From contig VBLS01000110.1 of the NCBI GenBank assembly GCA_005878635.1, forward strand, positions 506 through 64,505: 64,000 bases of DNA, written 5' to 3'. The notes under the pieces were generated by a model, which was not told the origin of the DNA, did not search any database, and saw nothing but the letters and a program-made list of their open reading frames with translations. The position numbers and the translations under genes are program-made. Position 1 is the first letter of the stretch; every line of letters starts with the position of its first letter. Of this stretch, positions 29,656 through 38,203 are shown piece by piece. This stretch comes from Methanobacteriota archaeon. Its GTDB lineage: Archaea > Thermoplasmatota > Thermoplasmata > RBG-16-68-12.

Positions 29656-31026
29656 TCAGGTCCGGCCCGCGAGGTACTCGATCACGTCGATGCGGGTGAT
29701 GATCCCCTCGAGTCGGTCCTCCTTGCCGATGACGACGGCGGGGTTGCCGCGCATCAAGAGTTTGTAGACCTTCTCCAGGTCGGCGCCGGGTTCGACCAGA
29801 GGGAACGGCTTCTCCATGACCTTCGCGACGTAGTCGTCGTACATCTTCGGATTCCCGAGCAAAGCTTTCATGAGGATCTCTTCGCGCAAGCTTCCGACGA
29901 GGATCCCCGTGTCCAGGACCGGGAGTTGGGACACGTTGTATTGGCGCATCATGTCGACCGCTTCCCGCACTCGGGCCGCGACGTCGATCGTGACGACCCC
30001 GGGGATCGTCCGCTCCTTCGCCCTCAGGATCGTCATGAGGGGCGCGACCGGTTCCTCCAGGTACCCTTGCTCCTTCAGCCACTCCTCGTTGTGCGCCTTG
30101 GAGAGGTAGCGTTCCCCGGTGTCCGGCAGCAGGACGACCAAGACGTCCTTCGGGCCGAGGGTCTCCGCGATTCGGCGGGCGGCCACCACAGCGGCTCCGC
30201 TCGAACTGCCCGCGAGGATCCCCTCCTCGCGGGCGAGGCGCCGGGTCATCAGATAGGCCTCCTTGTCGGCGACTTTGACGACGTCGTCGATGTACTGGAA
30301 CCAGGTGGATTCCGGGATGAAGTCCTCCCCGATCCCCTCGATCTTGTACGTGTGAGCTTTTATCATCTCCTTCTTATAGAAATAGTCCTTCAGGATCGAG
30401 CCGAGCGGGTCCACGCCGATGACCCGAACCTTCGGGTTCTGCTCCTTCAGGTAGCTGCCGACCCCGCTGATTGTTCCGCCGGTCCCCATCCCGCAGACGA
30501 AGTGGGTGACCGTCCCGTCCGTGTCTCGCCAAATCTCGGGGCCGGTCGTCTCGTAGTGGGCGCGTGGATTGGCCTGGTTGGCGTACTGGTTCGGTAGAAT
30601 CGAATTCGGGGTCTCACGGTGGATCCGTTCGGCGACGCGGTAGTAGGAGTCCGGATGGTCCGGCGGGACGGCGGTCGGCGTGACGACCACGCGCGCGCCG
30701 AAGGCCTTCAGCAAGTCGATTTTCTCGCGGCTCATCTTGTCAGGCATCGTGAACACGGCCCGATACCCCTTGATCGCGGCCACCATCGCGAGCCCGAGCC
30801 CGGTGTTCCCGCTCGTCGGCTCGATGATCGTCCCGCCGGGCTTCAGCGTCCCCTTCGCCTCGGCGTCCTCGATCATCTTCTCTCCAATCCGATCCTTGAC
30901 GCTCCCGCCAGGGTTCATCATCTCGAGTTTGGCGAGGACGAGGCCCTTCACACCGTCCATGATCTTCGGCAACTGGACGAGCGGTGTATTCCCGATCGTC
31001 TCGAGGATGTTGGAATAGTAGCGCAT
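29656..31026 (-). CDS. Cystathionine beta-synthase (PLP cysteine-synthase fold plus C-terminal CBS-domain pair)
   Basis: PLP-lysine motif GSVKDRIG and GTGGT, followed by tandem CBS domains. Start placed at the ATG in ...VAMRYYSNILETIGNTPL... (29th codon of the tracked ORF, M29). Confidence 0.85.
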   Translation of the reverse strand: MRYYSNILETIGNTPLVQLPKIMDGVKGLVLAKLEMMNPGGSVKDRIGEKMIEDAEAKGTLKPGGTIIEPTSGNTGLGLAMVAAIKGYRAVFTMPDKMSREKIDLLKAFGARVVVTPTAVPPDHPDSYYRVAERIHRETPNSILPNQYANQANPRAHYETTGPEIWRDTDGTVTHFVCGMGTGGTISGVGSYLKEQNPKVRVIGVDPLGSILKDYFYKKEMIKAHTYKIEGIGEDFIPESTWFQYIDDVVKVADKEAYLMTRRLAREEGILAGSSSGAAVVAARRIAETLGPKDVLVVLLPDTGERYLSKAHNEEWLKEQGYLEEPVAPLMTILRAKERTIPGVVTIDVAARVREAVDMMRQYNVSQLPVLDTGILVGSLREEILMKALLGNPKMYDDYVAKVMEKPFPLVEPGADLEKVYKLLMRGNPAVVIGKEDRLEGIITRIDVIEYLAGRT

Positions 31027-31138
31027 GGCCACCGGTGAAGATGCAAGACGGTTGACGTTATAAGAACGTACGCGCCGGGTCCCTTCACATCGGTTGGCGA
31101 GGCCATCCATCTAAGGGCGCGGGAGACAAACCGGGACG

Positions 31139-31211
31139 TGCCGGGGGAGGGAGTCGAACCCCCAGGAAACCGATCTGCAGTCGGTCACATTAGCCGCTCT
31201 GTCACCCCGGC
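31139..31211 (-). tRNA. tRNA-Cys (anticodon GCA)
   Basis: Folded by hand from the reverse complement. Acceptor stem GCCGGGG/CCCCGGC, anticodon stem ACCGA/TCGGT, loop CUGCAGA with U33, anticodon GCA and G37. T-arm GGGGG-TTCGACT-CCCTC. The discriminator reads A. CCA is not encoded. Confidence 0.75.
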
Positions 31212-31369
31212 GCGGCTCGCGCATCCGGGGAAACGGTATTGAAGCTTTGGAGCGGCGATCCCCACCTTCGGACGATGCGGTCCCGGGTGGCGCCAACTCC
31301 GCGTTCCGGGCAAGACCTTGCCCCACGCGCAGGTTTCGCTTCTTGCCGAAGCGGTTTGAACATTGTTTC

Positions 31370-31386
31370 AAAACGTATTAAGGACG
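31370..31386 (+). promoter_or_regulatory. TATA-like box (CGTATTAAGG) upstream of the SBP gene
   Basis: It lies about 55 nt upstream of the TTG start. GGGAGG at 31421-31426 sits 8 nt before the start codon. The same GTATTAAGG core occurs upstream of cysS. Confidence 0.25.
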
Positions 31387-31433
31387 ACCCGCCGTTGTGT
31401 TACTTTACCGCTTGCTCAAGGGGAGGCATGTGA

Positions 31434-34091
31434 TTGGGCGCTGAACCGGAGGCAGAAAGCTCGTCCTCCGATTCCGGCGCCTCGCGTGCGTCGAGGGCCC
31501 TTCGATCCCGCTGGGGGAAAGTCGCCGCCGTCGCGGTCGTCGCCATCGCGGTGGCCGCCGCGTCGGCCTACGTGCTTCGAGCATCGAACCAGGCGCCGAC
31601 GATCACTCAAGCAACCGTGAGTTCGGAGTTTGCGACCACCGGTCAGAGCCTGACCTTCGCCGGACAGGCGACGGATGCCGATGGGGATTCGCTCCGGTAC
31701 ACCTGGAACTTCGGCGACAATTCAACCGCGATCGGGGCGGTCGTGAGCCATGCATACTCGATCCCGGGTCGATACGTCGATCTCCTCACAGTGACGGACG
31801 GCCGAGGCGGCGAAGCGACCAACGACGCGAGGCTCCTGTTCGTCCAAGCCCAACTTCCTCCGTCGGAAATCGCATCCCCCTCCCGGCCGCCGAATGGTTC
31901 GTGCGCGACGGACTGCATCCTCGGTCCGGGGGCCGCGATCCTGACGGCGAACCAGACGACCGTCGTGACCGGGGCCGCCGTCCGGTTCAACGGGAACGCG
32001 TCCTGGGCTTACGGTTGGAATTGGAACAACGTTTCGAATCGATCCGAAGGCGGTTCCTCGGTCGTGATCCCTTCCGCGGACAACGGATTTCTCTTCACCA
32101 CGTTCACCTACGGTTGGGGAGACGGGACACCGGAGGGCGGGGGGAGTTCCGAGACAGCCGGGGCGACAAGCCACGTCTTCACCTCTCCCGGGAATTTTTT
32201 CGTCCGCTTGACGCTGACCTTGCCCACCGTCTCCGGCGTGCAGACCTTGAGCGCCGGCTACACCATCCGCGTGACGCCGACGGTTCCTGTGGCAGTCCTG
32301 AAACATCCGGGAGTCTTCACGACGGCGACGTTCGGAGAACCGGATTCCCTCGATCCCGCCGCGGACATCGAGACCGCCGGCGTCGAGATCCTCCAGAACG
32401 TGTACGAGACCCTCGTTTGGTATGAACCGGGGGTTGAGAACGTCACCGTCCTCGTCCCGCGTCTCGCGATGGAGGTCCCGACCGCCGCGAACGGAGGCAT
32501 CTCGCCCGATGGGAAGAACTACACCTTCACGATCCGATCGGACGTCAAGTTCCACAGCGGCAACGTCCTCTCGCCGGACGACGTCGTCTATTCGCTCCGT
32601 CGCGTCCTCGCCATGCACGACCCGAATGGACCTTCGTGGATCCTGGAACAGACCCTCACGAACTACGTCTCAAAGTACCTGAACTCTTGCGGAGCGGCCG
32701 CGAACCGGACCTGTTCGCTCGCGGACTATGCGGACACCGCGTTCCCGTCCCGGGCGGCGATCCCACCGAACATCCGAACGGTCTTGGAGGGCGCCGCCCA
32801 AGGGGCAAACTGGTCCGCGAAGCCGCTGAACCGATCCGTCGCGTGGGCCGTGAGCAATTCCACGGTGGAGAAGGTCGGGACAGACCAGGTCCGAATTCAC
32901 CTCAGCCGACCGTATCCCGCGTTCCTCCAGTCGCTCGCTTTCACCGTCGGCTCCATCGTCGAGAAGGCGTGTGCCGCGACCTGGGACGATTGGGGGGCTC
33001 GGAATCCGATGCTGGACCGCCGCCGCGATTGCGGCACCGGCCCGTATGGGCTCACCGGATGGGTGCCAAACCAAGCGATCGTCCTGAGCCGCTTCGATGG
33101 ATACTGGGGAAGCCCCGCGGCCCTCGAAGGGGTGCGCATCGAGAAGGCGAACGATGTCACGGCCCGAGAGTTCCTCCTGCTGTCCGGAGACGCGGACACC
33201 GCGGTCATCAACCATGATCACCAGTTCGACGTGATGAATCCGGACGGCACGCCGCGATACCCGTGGCTGCGGATCCCAAGTTCCCGACCCTCCCTCGACA
33301 TCACCGTCTTCGGGTACAACCAGGCGATCAATGCGTCCGCCGTCCCCGACCCGCTGGAGGTCCCGCCGACGTTCTTCTCGAACCTCCATGTGCGGAAGGC
33401 GTTCAGCTATGCGTTCGACTACGCGGGATTCATGGACAACGTGACGTACAAGACGGGGATTCAGCTGCGCGGCCCGATCGCGAAGGGGGTCCCGGGCTAC
33501 AACATGAGCACGCCGCTCTTCACGTTCAACCTCACGCGCGCCGCGTCGGAGCTCGGACAGACCCCCTACTGGACCTCCGGCTTCAACATCACCTTGTACT
33601 ATAACGCGGGGAACACGGAACGCCGCCAGGGATGTCTCCTCCTCCGACAGGGCCTGCAGGCGTTGCATGATGAACTGGGTGCGGGGCCCATCTCCGTGGA
33701 CGTCCGGGCCCTTGACTGGCCCGCGTACCTGAGGACCTTACGGGCTCGAGGCCTCCCGATCTTCTTCCTCGGATGGCGCGCGGACTACGCGGACCCGGAT
33801 GACTACGTCCTCCCGTTCTTGAGGACCGGCGGCCTCTTCGCGAGCCGGTTAGGGTACAGCAACACCACCCTCGACGCCCTGATCGACGCCGCGGCGGCGG
33901 AGCTGAACCAGACGAAACGCGACGGGCTGTACCAAGACCTGTCGACGCGCGCGGTCTTGGACGACGTGCCGTACCTCTGGGTCTACCAGTCCCGGAGCTT
34001 CCATGTGGAGCGGGCCTGGGTGCGGGGCTATTACTACAACCCGATGCTGTCCGGCCTCGACTACCACCCTCTCTCCAAGGCCCTCGGCTGA
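31434..34091 (+). CDS. Extracellular solute-binding protein family 5 (OppA/DppA-like) with N-terminal PKD/Ig-like domain and signal anchor
   Basis: N-terminal hydrophobic anchor, then a PKD-like domain (YTWNFGDNS...GRYVDLLTVTDGRGG), then the SBP_bac_5 core (FGEPDSLDP, VKFHSGN). No ABC permease or ATPase genes are adjacent. Confidence 0.75.
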   Translation: MGAEPEAESSSSDSGASRASRALRSRWGKVAAVAVVAIAVAAASAYVLRASNQAPTITQATVSSEFATTGQSLTFAGQATDADGDSLRYTWNFGDNSTAIGAVVSHAYSIPGRYVDLLTVTDGRGGEATNDARLLFVQAQLPPSEIASPSRPPNGSCATDCILGPGAAILTANQTTVVTGAAVRFNGNASWAYGWNWNNVSNRSEGGSSVVIPSADNGFLFTTFTYGWGDGTPEGGGSSETAGATSHVFTSPGNFFVRLTLTLPTVSGVQTLSAGYTIRVTPTVPVAVLKHPGVFTTATFGEPDSLDPAADIETAGVEILQNVYETLVWYEPGVENVTVLVPRLAMEVPTAANGGISPDGKNYTFTIRSDVKFHSGNVLSPDDVVYSLRRVLAMHDPNGPSWILEQTLTNYVSKYLNSCGAAANRTCSLADYADTAFPSRAAIPPNIRTVLEGAAQGANWSAKPLNRSVAWAVSNSTVEKVGTDQVRIHLSRPYPAFLQSLAFTVGSIVEKACAATWDDWGARNPMLDRRRDCGTGPYGLTGWVPNQAIVLSRFDGYWGSPAALEGVRIEKANDVTAREFLLLSGDADTAVINHDHQFDVMNPDGTPRYPWLRIPSSRPSLDITVFGYNQAINASAVPDPLEVPPTFFSNLHVRKAFSYAFDYAGFMDNVTYKTGIQLRGPIAKGVPGYNMSTPLFTFNLTRAASELGQTPYWTSGFNITLYYNAGNTERRQGCLLLRQGLQALHDELGAGPISVDVRALDWPAYLRTLRARGLPIFFLGWRADYADPDDYVLPFLRTGGLFASRLGYSNTTLDALIDAAAAELNQTKRDGLYQDLSTRAVLDDVPYLWVYQSRSFHVERAWVRGYYYNPMLSGLDYHPLSKALG

Positions 34092-34184
34092 GCTCGCCGA
34101 CGGACCGTCCGCCGAATCGAAGCAGGATTCCCGAAACGATTCGAACGAATCTTTTTATTCGGTCCCCGCGGTCGGTCGGTCGAG

Positions 34185-35477
34185 ATGGCGGATCTGAAGA
34201 CGGTCACCGACACGATCCACGGGACGATCCGGCTCGAGCCACTCACCCTCGATCTGCTCGAGACGCTCGAGTTGCAGCGCCTCAACTCGATTCGTCAGCT
34301 CGGGTTGACGTACCTCGTCTTCCCGGGAGCGAACCATTCGCGGTTAGAACACTGCCTGGGCGTCGGCCATGTGGCGGGCGAGATGGCGAAGGCCCTCGAA
34401 CTGACTCCCGCGGAACGGAAGCTCGTCCAGGCCGCGGGCCTCCTCCACGACGTCGGGCACGGGCCCTTTTCCCATACCCTCGAGCATGTGCTCAGCCGGG
34501 AACTCGCCGTCGACCACATGCACCTCACCCAGCGGATCATCACGGGCCAGGATGACAACGTCTCCCCGGAAGACCGGGCCGCGTTCCCGGAGATTCCGAG
34601 GATCGACGGAGTCCTCGAGCGCCATGGTGTGGACCCGGAAGCCGTCGCAGCCCTCATCCGCGGACCGTCGGAGAAGGGGGCGGCGTGGATCGTCCCCCGA
34701 GGCCGGAAGGAACCCTCCCGTTACCTGGCCCAGATCATCCACAGTCCCATGGACGCGGACCAGATCGACTACCTGATGCGGGACGCGCACTACACCGGAG
34801 CCTCCCACGGGACGATCGACTTCTCTCGATTGCTGCAGACCCTTCGAACGCACCGCGGAGAGCTGGCGCTCGATCGAAAAGGCCTCCCGGCGCTCGAGGG
34901 GATGCTCGTCGCGCGCGGCCTGATGTATTCGTCCGTGTACTTCCACAAGACCGTCCGCATCGCCGAGGAGATGCTCGCCCGGGCCGTCGAGCGTTCGGAG
35001 GCTCCGATCGCCGAGATTCAGAAGATGGTGGATCACGAGCTGCTGAACTGGCTCGTCCGCCAAGGACCGTTCCAGCGGGAGATCGCCTTGCGCCTCAAGT
35101 ACCGCAAGCTGTACAAGCGCGTCTTGGCATCGGATCGGGACGAGCTGACCGCGGCGACGCGGTCCGTGCTCGCGACCTTCCACGACCCGAAGGAGCGGCG
35201 GCGAGCCGAGGACCGGATCGCCCGACGGGCAGGCCTGACTCCCGGCCAAGTGATCATCGACGTCCCTCTGCCCGAGTTGCTCCTGAGCGAGCCGCGGATC
35301 GCGAAGACCGAAGTCCCAATCCTCGACGACGGGAGCTCGAAGCCTTTTTCCCGCGTCAGCTCGCTCGGCCGGGCCCTCCAAATTCGCCAGGTCGTCGATT
35401 GGGTCGTCATGGTCGCGGCGCCTGAGAAGTCCGCGGCCTCGGTCCGAAAGGCAGCTGCATCGGTGCTGTCCGGTTGA
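34185..35477 (+). CDS. HD-domain phosphohydrolase (dGTPase/SAMHD1-like)
   Basis: HD motif HSRLEHCLGV ... LLHDVGHGPFSH. Confidence 0.75.
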   Translation: MADLKTVTDTIHGTIRLEPLTLDLLETLELQRLNSIRQLGLTYLVFPGANHSRLEHCLGVGHVAGEMAKALELTPAERKLVQAAGLLHDVGHGPFSHTLEHVLSRELAVDHMHLTQRIITGQDDNVSPEDRAAFPEIPRIDGVLERHGVDPEAVAALIRGPSEKGAAWIVPRGRKEPSRYLAQIIHSPMDADQIDYLMRDAHYTGASHGTIDFSRLLQTLRTHRGELALDRKGLPALEGMLVARGLMYSSVYFHKTVRIAEEMLARAVERSEAPIAEIQKMVDHELLNWLVRQGPFQREIALRLKYRKLYKRVLASDRDELTAATRSVLATFHDPKERRRAEDRIARRAGLTPGQVIIDVPLPELLLSEPRIAKTEVPILDDGSSKPFSRVSSLGRALQIRQVVDWVVMVAAPEKSAASVRKAAASVLSG

Positions 35478-35609
35478 TCGCAAAACGACGCATGGCAACG
35501 GCGTTTGTCAACGCGGCGGACGTTCGTCGGACAACTTTTAAATAGCGTCCGCCGAATACGCGGCCATCTTGCGGGATGGGATGACCTCGCAGGTTCTGCA
35601 GGTGGCGGA

Positions 35610-36704
35610 ATGAACTCGATGCTAGAGGATGTGCTCGCCCGGGAAGGGAGTGCTCCAGCGTTTGAAGACAGCCGGGTGGACGCCGAGCTCGAAGAGATGC
35701 TCAGCAAGATGCGGACCAACATCAAGATCATCGGCCTCGGTGGAGGAGGCTGTAACACGATCGCCCGCGTCTACGGCGAGGGGATTGTCGGTGCCGAGCT
35801 CTTTGCCTGCAACACGGATGCGCAACACCTGCTCCACATTGCGTCTCCCAAGAAGGTCCTCCTCGGACGGAGGATTACGAAGGGCCTGGGGGCCGGCGCC
35901 TTGCCGCAGATCGGCGAGGAGGCCGCCCGCGAGGCGGAGGAAGAGCTTCGCGCCATTGTCCAAGGATCCGACATCGTCTTCGTGACATGCGGCCTGGGCG
36001 GTGGGACTGGGACTGGGAGCTGCGGCTACGTCGCCCGACTCGCCAAGGAGATGGGCGCGCTCACGATCGCCGTGGTCACCCTCCCGTTCCGGGGCGAGGG
36101 CAAGCTACGCATGGAGAGCGCAGAATGGGGATTGGAGCGGCTCCGGGATGCGGCGGACACCGTGATCACGATCCCGAATGACAAGCTCTTGGACCTGGTC
36201 CCGCGACAGTCGTTGAACCTCGCGTTCAAGTTCGCGGACGAGGTCCTGATGCGGTCCATCAAAGGCCTGACGGAGATTATCACGAAGCCGGGTCTGGTGA
36301 ACCTCGACTTCAACGACGTCAAGACGATCATGAAAGGCGGAGGCGTCGCCATGATCGGCCTGGGGGAGAGCCAGGCGGTCGGCGACAACCGCGCCGTCGA
36401 GGCGATCGAGGAAGCGATCAATTCGCCGCTGTTGGAGGTCGACGTCTCCACGGCCCACGGAGTCCTCATCAACGTGACCGGCGGGAACGACATGACGATT
36501 TCCGAGGCCGAGCGCGTTGCGGAGGTCGTCCAGTCGAAGGTGTCTCCCACCGCGCGGATCATCTGGGGCGCAACGGTGGATCCGTCCCTCGAGCACACGC
36601 TGCGAGTCATGCTCGTCGCGACCGGAGTGAAGTCCAAGCAGATCGTCGGGCGGCGCGATCCGTCCGAGGAACGGGTCCGCGTCGGCGTCGATGTCATCCG
36701 GTGA
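35610..36704 (+). CDS. ftsZ: Cell division GTPase FtsZ (paralog 1)
   Basis: Tubulin signature GGGTGTG, IKIIGLGGGGCN and the T7 loop NLDF. Confidence 0.9.
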   Translation: MNSMLEDVLAREGSAPAFEDSRVDAELEEMLSKMRTNIKIIGLGGGGCNTIARVYGEGIVGAELFACNTDAQHLLHIASPKKVLLGRRITKGLGAGALPQIGEEAAREAEEELRAIVQGSDIVFVTCGLGGGTGTGSCGYVARLAKEMGALTIAVVTLPFRGEGKLRMESAEWGLERLRDAADTVITIPNDKLLDLVPRQSLNLAFKFADEVLMRSIKGLTEIITKPGLVNLDFNDVKTIMKGGGVAMIGLGESQAVGDNRAVEAIEEAINSPLLEVDVSTAHGVLINVTGGNDMTISEAERVAEVVQSKVSPTARIIWGATVDPSLEHTLRVMLVATGVKSKQIVGRRDPSEERVRVGVDVIR

Positions 36705-36836
36705 GCGCTCCGACCTCTCCATTTCACGGGAGGACGGAGCGGATCCCGCGAACCCGGAAACCTTTATTAACGCTCCCCCTTTACATCTCATTCGCGGTTG
36801 CTTCATTTGCTTCCTCGGGCAGCCGGAGGCCGAACC

Positions 36837-37943
36837 ATGGATTCCATTGTGAGGGAAGTCGTCACCCGCTCCGGTGTGGAAACTCGGGTGCCCGAATCGC
36901 CCACCGCTTCGATCGGAATGGGGGCGGAAGACGCCGAGCTCGAGCGAATTCTCGCGAGCCTCCGGACGAACATCAAGATCGTGGGCATCGGAGGAGGCGG
37001 GTGCAACACGATCGACCGGCTCGTCGAATCCGGTATCGTCGGCGCCGAGCTGTTCGCGGCGAACACGGATGCGCAGCACCTGCTCGTCATCCGGTCCCCT
37101 CACAAGCTCCTCCTCGGTCGGCGCGTGACCCGGGGCCTCGGCGCGGGAGCGCTCCCGCAGGTCGGGGAAGAATCGGCCCGCGAAGCCGCGGACGAACTGC
37201 GATCCGTCGTCCACGGCGCGGACATGGTGTTCATCACCTGCGGCCTGGGCGGCGGCACCGGGACGGGAGGCGCCCCTGTGCTCGCCCAGCTCGCGAAGGA
37301 AGCGGGCGCCCTCACGATCGCCATCTGCACTTTCCCCTTTCGTGCGGAGGGCGCGATCCGCGCCGAGAACGCGGAGTACGGACTCGAGAAGCTACGCAGC
37401 TTTGCCGACACCGTCGTCGTGATCCCGAACGACAAACTGCTTGAACTCGTCCCGCGTCTAGCGTTGAACGCGGCGTTCAAGGTGGCGGACGACGTGCTCA
37501 TGCGAGCGATCAAGGGGATCACCGAGGTCATCACGAAGCCGGGCTTGGTCAACTTGGACTTCAACGACATCAAGACGATCATGAAAGGCGGAGGCGTCGC
37601 GATGATCGGCCTCGGCGAGTCGGACACGGACAACCGGGCCGAGGAGTCGATCGAGGAAGCGATCAATTCGCCCCTGATCGACGTCGACATCAGCGGCGCG
37701 ACTGGCGCCCTCGTGAACGTCACCGGCGGGAACGACATGAGCGTGGCCGAGGCCGAGAAGGTCGCGGAGATCGTGCAAGGCCGGATTGCACGGAACGCCC
37801 GCATCATCTGGGGCGCCGCCGTCGATCCGAGCCTGGAGCATCGGCTCCGCGTCATGCTGATCCTGACCGGGGTCCGCTCCAAGCAGATCCTCGGACCGGG
37901 CGAACACGTCCGCCCTCAGGGCGGCCTCGACATCGTGCGGTGA
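36837..37943 (+). CDS. ftsZ: Cell division GTPase FtsZ (paralog 2)
   Basis: A second complete FtsZ with GGGTGTG and IKIVGIGGGGCN. GGAGG lies 6 nt upstream of the ATG. Confidence 0.9.
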   Translation: MDSIVREVVTRSGVETRVPESPTASIGMGAEDAELERILASLRTNIKIVGIGGGGCNTIDRLVESGIVGAELFAANTDAQHLLVIRSPHKLLLGRRVTRGLGAGALPQVGEESAREAADELRSVVHGADMVFITCGLGGGTGTGGAPVLAQLAKEAGALTIAICTFPFRAEGAIRAENAEYGLEKLRSFADTVVVIPNDKLLELVPRLALNAAFKVADDVLMRAIKGITEVITKPGLVNLDFNDIKTIMKGGGVAMIGLGESDTDNRAEESIEEAINSPLIDVDISGATGALVNVTGGNDMSVAEAEKVAEIVQGRIARNARIIWGAAVDPSLEHRLRVMLILTGVRSKQILGPGEHVRPQGGLDIVR

Positions 37944-37947
37944 CACC

Positions 37948-38199
37948 ATGGCGGACATCGTCGACAAGAGCTGGGACGTCCAACGTCGGATCGAGGAGCG
38001 CGTCAAGCGCCTCGGGAAAGGGAAGTATGGCCGCGTCCTGAAGATGGCCCGGAAGCCGACCTCGGACGAGTATTCGAAGGTCGTGATGATCACGGGCCTC
38101 GGGATCGTCGCGATCGGCGCCCTGGGCTTCATCATCTACCTGATCATGCGGTACGGACCCGACCTCTTCCGCGGGCTCTTCGGAATCCTGGGGACCTGA
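37948..38199 (+). CDS. secE: Protein translocase subunit SecE / Sec61-gamma
   Basis: 83 aa with a single C-terminal TM helix. It sits in the conserved position immediately before spt5. Confidence 0.8.
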   Translation: MADIVDKSWDVQRRIEERVKRLGKGKYGRVLKMARKPTSDEYSKVVMITGLGIVAIGALGFIIYLIMRYGPDLFRGLFGILGT

Positions 38200-38203
38200 A
38201 CCG

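Noticed and set aside
29609-30082. N-terminal 157-codon extension of the cystathionine gamma-lyase ORF (tracked as 28484..30082).
   Set aside because: The extension is R/G/P-rich and overlaps the CBS gene. The conserved N-terminus MHFATKAIHAG begins at the ATG at 29608.
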